Source: a virus
Strand: one strand, 5' to 3'
DNA: 64,000 nt
IMG/VR virus record: IMGVR_UViG_3300028845_000030
The position numbers and the translations under genes are program-made. The notes beneath the pieces are model-generated. The model ran no database searches, was not told the origin of the DNA, and worked only from the letters and a program-made list of their open reading frames with translations. This document shows, in pieces, positions 56,575 to 64,000 of this stretch. Every line of letters starts with the position of its first letter. The first letter of the stretch is position 1.

Positions 56575-56682
56575 GCTCTCATTAGGCTCATTATCCAGGC
56601 TAGGTGGATAATCTTGTACATCTGTTAGGAGATAATCATTGTAATGGCTCCTAATGGCTTGTATAGTAAACCTAATGGGAGC
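56575..56682 (+). ncRNA. Candidate structured RNA element (multi-stem junction with competing pairings)
   Basis: A closing stem GCTCTCATTAGG / CCTAATGGGAGC lies at 56575..56586 and 56671..56682. Inner hairpins are TTATCCA/TGGATAA (56591..56611) and TTAGGAG/CTCCTAA (56625..56654). A second CCTAATGG copy lies at 56650..56657. Confidence 0.3.
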
Positions 56683-56746
56683 ATTTATTATAAAATTATG
56701 GATTGGAAACAACTAGATAAAGATTTTGAACTTTAAAACTTAAAAT

Positions 56747-56986
56747 ATGAATAACGAAACATTAAATAAGATTATCAGAAAGAAAGTTATTTGGGCTGAA
56801 ATAAAAGCCAAAGAACAAGAATACCACAGATTACAAAAGCAAATTGATGAACTCGAACAAGCTAAAAAAGATGTAAGTTTTGAAGTTCAAAAAAGATTAG
56901 CTGAAAGTGAAAAGATTGGAGAGTGGATGGCTGAACGAGAATATGAAGCGTTAATGCGTGGGGAGGAAAAGCAAACTGACGTATAA
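56747..56986 (+). CDS. Small coiled-coil protein
   Basis: 79-aa K/E-rich ORF flanked on both sides by long noncoding stretches. Confidence 0.55.
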   Translation: MNNETLNKIIRKKVIWAEIKAKEQEYHRLQKQIDELEQAKKDVSFEVQKRLAESEKIGEWMAEREYEALMRGEEKQTDV

Positions 56987-57535
56987 CTGTTAGCTTTAAG
57001 CTGTTGTTTTTCACAATAGCATAAAGCGTAAGTTATAAGCTGTACAAGTTTTTACGAGTATTGTTTACATTTATTTTAAACTAATTCTATGAATTGTAAA
57101 AAATATGGGGGTGAGAGTTGGCTATTGATCAGATAGCATTTAATAATAGTAAGCAAGTGAGGCATTGTCACATAAATTTGTGCCTCTAATAAATTATGTG
57201 GTAAAATAGAATTGACAAAATCAGTTCTGACCAAGGATCAATCCTTGATGTTAAATTCTGTATGGAAAATAATATGTTGAAAAATACATATAAATCTCCT
57301 GTACAAGTTAGTTCTCTTGTAGAAGCTTAACATAGTAAAAGATCAAAAAGTGGTTTGTGAGTGGACTGAAGTATGGCGAAACTCTCTAATTCTTAGTTTA
57401 TAACTAAGTAATTTTGTCTATTTAGAAAAATAGAAAAACTTGTAGAAAATTATTATTAAACTATTTGGTGACCTGAAATCGTACTTCAGCACCTCCACAA
57501 TTAATTGATTATTAAACAGTTATAAGACTAAAAAT

Positions 57536-58378
57536 ATGGAAATAAGAGAAGGAATAAAATTTAAATCTATAGATGCTCCAAATACAGAGTTTGTATTAGA
57601 TAAAATAGAAAAAAATAATTTAATTAGTAGAGATAACGGTAAATATAAATATACTTTTGAAGATGTTATTGCTAATTTCAAAAAAGATATTTGGAAATTA
57701 ACTTATTACCCTTATAAAGAGGGTGATTATTGCATTAGAACCTGGCCTACTGGAAAGAAAACATTAGGAGTTGCTTGGAATTTTGCAGGTACTGATTTAT
57801 ATTTCAAATCATTAGAAGATTATAATGGAGAAAATGGTGTAATAAAAAATAGTGTATATGGTTTATTACAAAAACCATTTATAGGAATTTATCAAAGACC
57901 AGCATTTAAAGATGAAATACCAAAAGAAAGTATTATGAATAAAGAAGAGCTTCTCATGGAAGCTAAGAGATGTTATCCTATTGGAACTAAAGTTAGACCA
58001 CTTAATCTTAATACAATTGATGAAATTAAAAATCATGATATATCAAATTTTATACCACAAGATAATTGTGTGTGGTTTAAGGGTTATAAAAATGGTCTTT
58101 TAGTTTATGAAAATGGTAAATGGGCAGAAATAATTGAAAATAAAATAGAAAACATGAATGATTTAGATAAAGAATTAAAAGAAAGAGAGAGTAAACTAGA
58201 AAAGTCTACTGTAAATGTTAATTGGAACGTAGTATTTCCAGAAATAGGAGCAAAGGAGGTATATAGAACATCAAATAATAAAATCAAACCAAATTTAATC
58301 AAACACAACAATAGCAGATTTCAAAAATTGCTAATCATTAGAACAAACAAGAGTAAACATAGTGGTAAAACTAAATAA
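57536..58378 (+). CDS. Hypothetical protein
   Basis: 280-aa ORF. No motif recognised. Confidence 0.7.
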   Translation: MEIREGIKFKSIDAPNTEFVLDKIEKNNLISRDNGKYKYTFEDVIANFKKDIWKLTYYPYKEGDYCIRTWPTGKKTLGVAWNFAGTDLYFKSLEDYNGENGVIKNSVYGLLQKPFIGIYQRPAFKDEIPKESIMNKEELLMEAKRCYPIGTKVRPLNLNTIDEIKNHDISNFIPQDNCVWFKGYKNGLLVYENGKWAEIIENKIENMNDLDKELKERESKLEKSTVNVNWNVVFPEIGAKEVYRTSNNKIKPNLIKHNNSRFQKLLIIRTNKSKHSGKTK

Positions 58379-58402
58379 TTAATTATTAAAAAACTAAGAA
58401 AC

Positions 58403-58681
58403 ATGGCTGTAAAAGCAACAAAGTACCAGGGAATTATTTCCAAAAGTAAAGAAGTAAAAGATTTAGAAGCAATTGAAAACAATGTAGAAGAAGCAAGAAT
58501 TCAGATGGATGCTGATATTCTGGAAGCTAAAAGAAAGGTGGCTACTGCTACTAAAACTGTAGAAAACACTATTGCACAAGTTCCATTTAACAGTGCATAT
58601 GTTGTATCTGCACAAGAAGATTTGGAAGTAGCTAAAGCTCATTATCAAGCATTAGTTGATCTTAAAGCTGACTTGTTTTAA
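58403..58681 (+). CDS. Small helical (coiled-coil) protein
   Basis: 92-aa A/E/K-rich ORF. Confidence 0.6.
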   Translation: MAVKATKYQGIISKSKEVKDLEAIENNVEEARIQMDADILEAKRKVATATKTVENTIAQVPFNSAYVVSAQEDLEVAKAHYQALVDLKADLF

Positions 58682-58796
58682 TATTAAAGATGATAAGGCG
58701 TTGACCTGTACACAGCCTAAATGTATACAGAATAGTGTAGGGTGACTAGTGGGGAGAGACCTGCACATTATTTAATTATATGTATTAGCATATAAT

Positions 58797-58813
58797 TATA
58801 CCGATAGGGTATA
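58797..58813. promoter_or_regulatory. Palindromic operator-like site TATACC-N5-GGTATA (copy 1)
   Basis: Perfect 6-bp half-sites. A second copy lies 40 bp downstream. Confidence 0.35.
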
Positions 58814-58836
58814 ATATTAGCCTAAATGCTATTATT

Positions 58837-58854
58837 TATACCTGATAGGGTATA
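58837..58854. promoter_or_regulatory. Palindromic operator-like site TATACC-N6-GGTATA (copy 2)
   Basis: Same half-sites as copy 1. Lies upstream of tRNA-Arg and the replication genes. Confidence 0.35.
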
Positions 58855-58971
58855 TGGTGGAGTCTATAGACATTAAAAAGTCTGTTGGCCTTAAATATTA
58901 AAGTGCTTACAATTATAAAGTAGGTTAAATGTCAAGCTGAGAGAAGATGCAGCTTTAATATTTATTAATAT

Positions 58972-59043
58972 GGGGATGTAGGTAAATGAATATACTAATT
59001 TCCTTCTAAGAAATTGTTCTAGGTTTGATTCCTAGCATTCCTA
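58972..59043 (+). tRNA. tRNA-Arg (anticodon UCU)
   Basis: Hand-folded cloverleaf. The acceptor stem is GGGGATG/CATTCCT, with two G-U pairs. The D stem is GGTA/TACT. The anticodon stem ATTTC/GAAAT carries the loop CTTCTAA. The T arm is CTAGG-TTTGATT-CCTAG. Length 72 nt. Confidence 0.8.
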
Positions 59044-59056
59044 CTAAAACTATAAT

Positions 59057-59395
59057 ATGAAAAAGATAATTAAAAAGAAAACAACTACAAAGAAGCCTAA
59101 GAAAGCTACTATATATAATCAATTAGAAATATTAGCTCCAGAAGAAATTAAATTCTTAAATACAACATTGTGTGATACAATAGATTATGCTTTAAGACTT
59201 GTAGAAGAACAAAAGCATACGTTAGAACAATTAAATAAAATTAAGAATTCTGGAATATCAAATCCTTATTATATTCCAGAAAATACAGATAAAAATATAG
59301 AAATGTATCAAGAATCATTGGAAGTTAATTTAAAGAAAATTAAGACAATGAAAGGAATTACTAAGAAACTTAAAGCCTTTGAAGGAATAATATGA
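59057..59395 (+). CDS. Hypothetical protein with a K-rich N-terminus
   Basis: 112-aa ORF that begins 13 nt after the tRNA. Confidence 0.6.
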   Translation: MKKIIKKKTTTKKPKKATIYNQLEILAPEEIKFLNTTLCDTIDYALRLVEEQKHTLEQLNKIKNSGISNPYYIPENTDKNIEMYQESLEVNLKKIKTMKGITKKLKAFEGII

Positions 59396-59670
59396 AAAAA
59401 TCAAAAAAGGATCAAAAGAAAATAGTTGCTTTTTATATTAAAAAGTATGAAGAATATTATAAAATGAATTCAAATGATCTGGTTTTATTACAAGATCAGA
59501 AGATGTCTTCAACTCAAAAATTAGCTCTTAGAGATGCTATTAATCAGAAGATGAAAGAAGAAATAATGAATCAGAGGATGAAGAATATGGAAGAGAAAGA
59601 AGCTGTAGAAGAAAAGCCAATAATTGATTTAAATAAAGTAATGGATGGAGAATCAACAAATAAAGAATAA
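59392..59670 (+). CDS. Hypothetical K/E-rich protein
   Basis: 92-aa ORF with ATGA overlap to the upstream gene. Confidence 0.55.
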   Translation: MKKSKKDQKKIVAFYIKKYEEYYKMNSNDLVLLQDQKMSSTQKLALRDAINQKMKEEIMNQRMKNMEEKEAVEEKPIIDLNKVMDGESTNKE

Positions 59671-61543
59671 TCATGTTGAGGTATATGATATTGAAACTTT
59701 ATCTAATTTATTTAGTTATGTTGGATTAAATGTTGATACACAACAGGAAGTAACATTTGTTATACATAAGGATAGGAATGATTATAGAGCTTTAATTAAA
59801 CATTTAGAGACACTTAAAGGTATGGTTGGATATAATAATCTTAGATTTGATTATCCTATTATACATTATATTATACAAGCTCAAAAAATGTGGGGTGATG
59901 ATGGTGGTGTAATAGCTGCGTTAATATATCAAAAAGCTCAAGAGATTATTGATACTCCTGAAGAAGATGAATTTAGCACACAAATACCTGAATGGCATCA
60001 TATTATACCACAATTAGACTTATATGCTTTGAATCATTTTGATAATCCAGCTAAAAGGACTTCATTAAAAGATCTTGAGTTCTGGATGAATTACCCTAAT
60101 GTACAGGATATGCCTATAAGCCACAAGGAAGCTATTACAACCACTCAAATACCAATGGTGCTGGAATATAACCTTAATGATGTAAAGGCCACCTATGCCT
60201 TCTATAAGCTTTGTAAAGATAGAATACAATTAAGGAAAGATATTGGTAAACAATATGGCTTAAAAATGACTAATTATAATGATCCTAGGATAGGAAGTGA
60301 GATATTTCTTGATCTTTTGTCTAAAGATATGAAAATAGATAAAAAGGATCTTAGAAAAAAGAGAACTTTTAGGAAATCTATTAAATTAGGTGAAATAATT
60401 CTTCCTGGTATTAAGTTTAATTCTCCCAAATTCCAATCATTATTAGGTAATATTAAGAATACAGAGGTGGTGGGTACTAAAGGTGAGTTTAAACAATCTG
60501 TAGTATATAAAGGATTTAAGTATGATCTTGGTCAAGGTGGTGCTCATGGATGTATAAAATCTGGTGTATATTGTGCTGATGATGAGTATATTATAACAGA
60601 TATTGATGTCTCTAGCTACTATCCAAATTTAGCTATTAATAATGGTTTTAAACCAGCTCATTTAGGTGATTCTTTCTGTAGAATATATAAATCTATATAT
60701 GAAACAAGAGCTAAAGCTAAGAAAGAGGGTAATAAAGCTCTTAATGAGGGATTAAAACTCTCTTTAAATGGTACATTTGGTAAAGCTGGTGATAAAAATA
60801 GTTATTTGTATGATCAACAATTCTTATTATCAATCACTATTAATGGACAATTACTTCTTCTGATGTTAATAGAGAAAATAGTAGATAGTATAGAAAATGT
60901 ACAGGTGTTACAGATTAATACAGATGGTATAACAATTAAGTATAAGAAGGAAAATAAAGAAACAGTAGGACAAATATGTGATAGTTGGATGAAAATGACC
61001 AAATTAGAATTAGAATTTAAAGATTATTCTAAAATGGTTATTCAAGACGTAAATAACTACCAAGCAATTGATACAAAAGGAAATATTAAATCTAAGGGTC
61101 TTTTTGAAATAACTAAAGAATTTCATAAGGATACAAGCTTTAAAATAGTTCCAATTGCTATAACAGAATATTTTGTTAAAAGAACTCCTATTATGGAAAC
61201 TCTTATTAATCATAAGAATATATATGATTTCTGTGGGAGAGCTAAGTTTAAAAAGGATAGTTTTGGTGAAACCAGATATATAGGAAATAGTAATGGTCTT
61301 CCTGTTGAAATGAGAGAAAGACAACAGAAAACTACCAGGTATTATATATCTAAGAAAGGGTCTACATTTATAAAGGTGTATCCTGAGAAGAAGAAAGAAT
61401 CATTTATTAATAAAGGATTTCAAGTGACAATATTTAATAAATTTGTTGCTAAGGATAATTATGATGTTAATTATGATTTTTATTATAAAGAATGTTTGAA
61501 GGTGCTGCAATCTGTGGAAGATAAACAATTACAATTATTATAG
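59645..61543 (+). CDS. DNA polymerase with an N-terminal 3'-5' exonuclease domain (family B-like motifs)
   Basis: Exonuclease motifs are Exo I YDIET, Exo II GYNNLRFDYPII and Exo III YNLNDVKATY. Polymerase motifs are DIDVSSYYPNLA (DxxSLYPS-like), KLSLNGTFGK (KxxxNSxYG-like) and QINTDGI (DTD-like). Confidence 0.75.
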   Translation: MENQQIKNNHVEVYDIETLSNLFSYVGLNVDTQQEVTFVIHKDRNDYRALIKHLETLKGMVGYNNLRFDYPIIHYIIQAQKMWGDDGGVIAALIYQKAQEIIDTPEEDEFSTQIPEWHHIIPQLDLYALNHFDNPAKRTSLKDLEFWMNYPNVQDMPISHKEAITTTQIPMVLEYNLNDVKATYAFYKLCKDRIQLRKDIGKQYGLKMTNYNDPRIGSEIFLDLLSKDMKIDKKDLRKKRTFRKSIKLGEIILPGIKFNSPKFQSLLGNIKNTEVVGTKGEFKQSVVYKGFKYDLGQGGAHGCIKSGVYCADDEYIITDIDVSSYYPNLAINNGFKPAHLGDSFCRIYKSIYETRAKAKKEGNKALNEGLKLSLNGTFGKAGDKNSYLYDQQFLLSITINGQLLLLMLIEKIVDSIENVQVLQINTDGITIKYKKENKETVGQICDSWMKMTKLELEFKDYSKMVIQDVNNYQAIDTKGNIKSKGLFEITKEFHKDTSFKIVPIAITEYFVKRTPIMETLINHKNIYDFCGRAKFKKDSFGETRYIGNSNGLPVEMRERQQKTTRYYISKKGSTFIKVYPEKKKESFINKGFQVTIFNKFVAKDNYDVNYDFYYKECLKVLQSVEDKQLQLL

Positions 61544-61590
61544 GAACATGTATTAAGAGACATAATGAAGAGTAATATTAACAATATAAT

Positions 61591-61863
61591 ATGTCCAAAG
61601 AAGGAAAGCTTAAAATTAAGAAGTCAAATGATTCTGTTATTGCCACTTTATATACAACAGATATAGTGAAAGCAGGTAATAATAGAATTGTTACATTAAA
61701 TTCAGGTGGTTGGAAAACATCTACTACTAAAAAGTCAATTAATAGAGTGTTAGATATGCTTCAAATACCAATACATGTATTCACACATGAAAAAGAGTGG
61801 AAAATAATTAACAAAGATGGAATAACTCTATCTTTTGAAGACAATAAAGAATATGCTTATTAA
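61591..61863 (+). CDS. Hypothetical protein
   Basis: 90-aa ORF downstream of the polymerase gene. Confidence 0.6.
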   Translation: MSKEGKLKIKKSNDSVIATLYTTDIVKAGNNRIVTLNSGGWKTSTTKKSINRVLDMLQIPIHVFTHEKEWKIINKDGITLSFEDNKEYAY

Positions 61864-61923
61864 AATAAGCATGAGAATTAAATTATTAAAATAGTAAATA
61901 ATAACAATTAAATATAAATAAGA

Positions 61924-62331
61924 ATGAGAACAGTAAAAGTTAGTACATCAGGTGCAGATGGTTTAATAGAAGTAGAAACAGCAGCTACAACATGGGCAGA
62001 GCTTAAATCTGATATGGAAGATGCTGGAATATCAACAGATGGTATGAAAGGTGTAGTTAGAGAAACAAAGGTGAGCCTTGAAGCAAATGATGCTCAGATT
62101 CCAGAAGGTAATTTTACAGTGATGTTATTTACAGGTAAAATTAAATCTGGAGCTTTTGATCATGCTCAAATGATGAGAGATCTTAGAGATTCTATAGAAA
62201 ATGCTTATAATGAAGTGATTGAGAATATTGATTGTGGTGCATATGGTGAAGATGAACCTGAGAGATCAAATTCAACATCTTCTTTGGAAGCTGAAAGAAG
62301 GAAGCTTGAGAGAGAGCTTTCTGGACAATAA
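61924..62331 (+). CDS. Hypothetical protein; N-terminal roughly 78 aa look beta-grasp / ubiquitin-like (tentative)
   Basis: Alternating strand/helix pattern RTVKVS, GLIEVE, TTWAELKSDMEDAGI, GVVRE, VSLE, FTVMLFTGKIKSGA, followed by an acidic helical tail. Confidence 0.35.
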   Translation: MRTVKVSTSGADGLIEVETAATTWAELKSDMEDAGISTDGMKGVVRETKVSLEANDAQIPEGNFTVMLFTGKIKSGAFDHAQMMRDLRDSIENAYNEVIENIDCGAYGEDEPERSNSTSSLEAERRKLERELSGQ

Positions 62332-62392
62332 ATTGAAAATTAACAACATGGGTGTTATAGAAATATAATACCCATGTTTTATTATATAAAAT

Positions 62393-63640
62393 ATGGAAGA
62401 AATTGTGGATTTACATAAAGTGAAGTTTACATCTTCAAATCAGTTTTTAGTTGGTGAAAAGGTTAGAGTGACAGGACATACAAATTCAGCTATTGCTAAT
62501 TATTCAAATATAATTAATAATGTGGGAATTGTACATAGTAATCCTGATAGTAGTATATTAAATGGTTATTTTGCTAGAGAAAAAGAAGTATATATTTGTA
62601 TAAATACAAGTTCTTATAGAGTTGATGTAGCTGATCTTGATCTTGCTATAGAAGATGAAAAACTATATAATGAAATCAAGAGTGTTAGACTAGCTCAATC
62701 TGAATTATATTTAAAATATAGAGAAGTAGAAATTGAGCTGTTAAAGAAGAAATTATATAATGATAATAAAGATATATTAGAGATATTCGAGGAAGTATAT
62801 CCAAATCAATTTGATTATAATTTTGACAATGGTAAATTAAATTGTCTTATATATTTTCCAGAAATAACTATTACTAACTCTGAAAGAATGAGTCATAAAA
62901 TAGTTGATCTTTATATAAAAATAAGTTTTAGATCAAATAAAACTATTAATGATTTTAAAGGAACAAGAGCCACAGTGACATTAGCAGAAAGAACAGTAAA
63001 TTACAAACATTCTCATATGAGTAGTTCTGATAGTTTTTGGACTTGGTTATCTTGTTGTTTAGGAGAAAGTGAATTTGCTCAAACTTATAGTCTTCTTTGC
63101 AATCAATTTAATAAGGATAATTTAACAAGATTTTTATATCAACTTCCAGAATATTTATCATGGGAATCTCTAGAAGGTGGTCCATATATAAGAATGTCCA
63201 ATATTAATGCTAATTATAATTTTCCTGGTTCAGTAAATCAGGTTTTAATTGATAGTACATATAAAAAACTATTGGCTCAAATTAATAATATTCCTGTAAA
63301 AATAAATAAAGAGTTAATTGATGTATTTCAAATAGAGGCTAATGAGCAGTTAGAACAATTAATTCTTCCTGTAGCTGGAAATGCTATTTGTAATAAAATA
63401 GGAAATAATTATGTATTAAGTGGAACACAAAATAATAATCAATTAAATAATTATAATAGAGAAGTAGCTAATATTACAATGTTTAAGTTTAAAGGAAAGG
63501 ATATTAAACCACAGGTAATACCATCTACAGATGATAATAAAAATGCTGTAAAAGCTCCCTATCCAAGTCTTACACAAGGAATAGCTAAATTATTGACTAA
63601 ACAGATTAATGAATATATAATATCAGAAACAAATGTCTAA
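62393..63640 (+). CDS. Hypothetical 415-aa protein with an E2/UBC-like HxH...CCLG segment (tentative)
   Basis: VNYKHSHMSSSDSFWTWLSCCLGESEF (63008..63061) resembles the HPN...G.ICL active-site region of E2-fold proteins. The rest of the protein is unassigned. Confidence 0.3.
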   Translation: MEEIVDLHKVKFTSSNQFLVGEKVRVTGHTNSAIANYSNIINNVGIVHSNPDSSILNGYFAREKEVYICINTSSYRVDVADLDLAIEDEKLYNEIKSVRLAQSELYLKYREVEIELLKKKLYNDNKDILEIFEEVYPNQFDYNFDNGKLNCLIYFPEITITNSERMSHKIVDLYIKISFRSNKTINDFKGTRATVTLAERTVNYKHSHMSSSDSFWTWLSCCLGESEFAQTYSLLCNQFNKDNLTRFLYQLPEYLSWESLEGGPYIRMSNINANYNFPGSVNQVLIDSTYKKLLAQINNIPVKINKELIDVFQIEANEQLEQLILPVAGNAICNKIGNNYVLSGTQNNNQLNNYNREVANITMFKFKGKDIKPQVIPSTDDNKNAVKAPYPSLTQGIAKLLTKQINEYIISETNV

Positions 63641-64000
63641 ATTAACAGAATTAACATTATCAAATAAGCCTAAATTGATTATTTCTAAAGAATTACAATC
63701 AGAAATAATGTGTTTACATGCAAGAATTGGTGATGTAGAGTGGAGTGGTCCTGTATTTTATAAGATAATGGAGGGAAATATTAATGATCCAGATAAGCTT
63801 GTTATTAAAGCTTTACATGTATTTCCATGTGATGTTGGAACAGGAACTTATACAGAATACACATTAGATGAGAAGGTGATTGATTTTTATGATGTACATC
63901 CAGAATGTGATCCTACTGTAACTAAGAAGATTAAATGGGCACACTGCCATTCACATCACAACATGGAGTGTTTTTTCTCAGGAACAGATATGGCAGAACT
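63633..64000 (+). CDS. JAB/MPN (JAMM) metallopeptidase-domain protein, cut by the window edge
   Basis: Not in the ORF track because it has no stop in the window. The ATG at 63633 overlaps the previous stop (ATGTCTAA). Contains an upstream VEWSG (E..G) and HSHHNMECFFSGTD, which fits HxHx7SxxD, at 63948..63989. Confidence 0.65.
   Translation, partial: MSKLTELTLSNKPKLIISKELQSEIMCLHARIGDVEWSGPVFYKIMEGNINDPDKLVIKALHVFPCDVGTGTYTEYTLDEKVIDFYDVHPECDPTVTKKIKWAHCHSHHNMECFFSGTDMAE

Noticed and set aside
56575-56682. A possible long-variable-arm tRNA (the acceptor-like 7-bp stem GCTCTCA/TGGGAGC)
   Set aside because: The closing stem continues to 12 bp. No D-arm or T-arm geometry or TTC-type loop is present, and at 108 nt it is too long. 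It is kept only as a candidate structured RNA.
58790-58860. A cloverleaf-looking set of three hairpins that might be a tRNA
   Set aside because: The two outer hairpins are the same TATACC/GGTATA palindrome. The middle loop has 6 nt. There is no T-loop or proper acceptor stem. Paired operator-like palindromes explain the region better.
56139-61324. Minus-strand ORFs inside rightward genes (56139..56324, 58105..58311, 58463..58648, 60814..61002 and 61010..61324)
   Set aside because: They are antisense shadows within longer plus-strand genes, including the DNA polymerase. Their composition is low-complexity and Phe/Ile/Ser-rich.
1-64000. Prophage or integrative element boundaries (integrase, att sites)
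   Set aside because: No tyrosine or serine recombinase motifs were seen in any ORF in this window. The Xis-like HTH protein at 54679..54885 stands alone in the island and is not enough to call an integration module.

Overview
AT-rich, densely coding double-stranded DNA phage sequence with no rRNA, CRISPR array or integrase. I read it as a crAss-like phage of a Bacteroidetes host. Three observations support this. (1) A giant minus-strand ORF (1..8941, at least 2980 aa) runs off the window edge and carries an ADFDID two-barrel RNA polymerase metal-binding motif plus a zincin HExxH motif. (2) The late-gene order is TerL, portal, scaffold-like protein, major capsid protein, head/tail proteins, tail fibres, large tail proteins, possible cargo proteins, then virion RNAP. 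(3) Canonical Bacteroidetes TTTG / TAnnTTTG promoters and lipoprotein lipoboxes are present. Layout: the late structural and lysis operon lies on the minus strand (1..45067). Next come tRNA-Thr and a short leftward cluster (45599..47014) that includes an endonuclease VII. A divergent switch region lies at about 47015..47171. The rightward early/replication arm (47172..64000) holds many small ORFs, small membrane proteins, a tRNA-Arg not present in the ORF track, unusually long structured noncoding stretches and a DNA polymerase. Items most worth follow-up: (a) a G+C-shifted island (about 51.6-55.2 kb) containing five attC-like folded repeats that separate small same-strand ORFs, which looks like an integron cassette array without an integrase; (b) a possible ubiquitin-like / E2-like / JAB gene triad at the right edge (61924..64000); (c) the fused architecture of the giant RNAP protein; (d) several structured ORF-free regions. 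All coordinates of motifs and hairpins were counted by hand (error about 2 nt). No composition statistics or homology searches were run, so family assignments rest on motifs I recognise.
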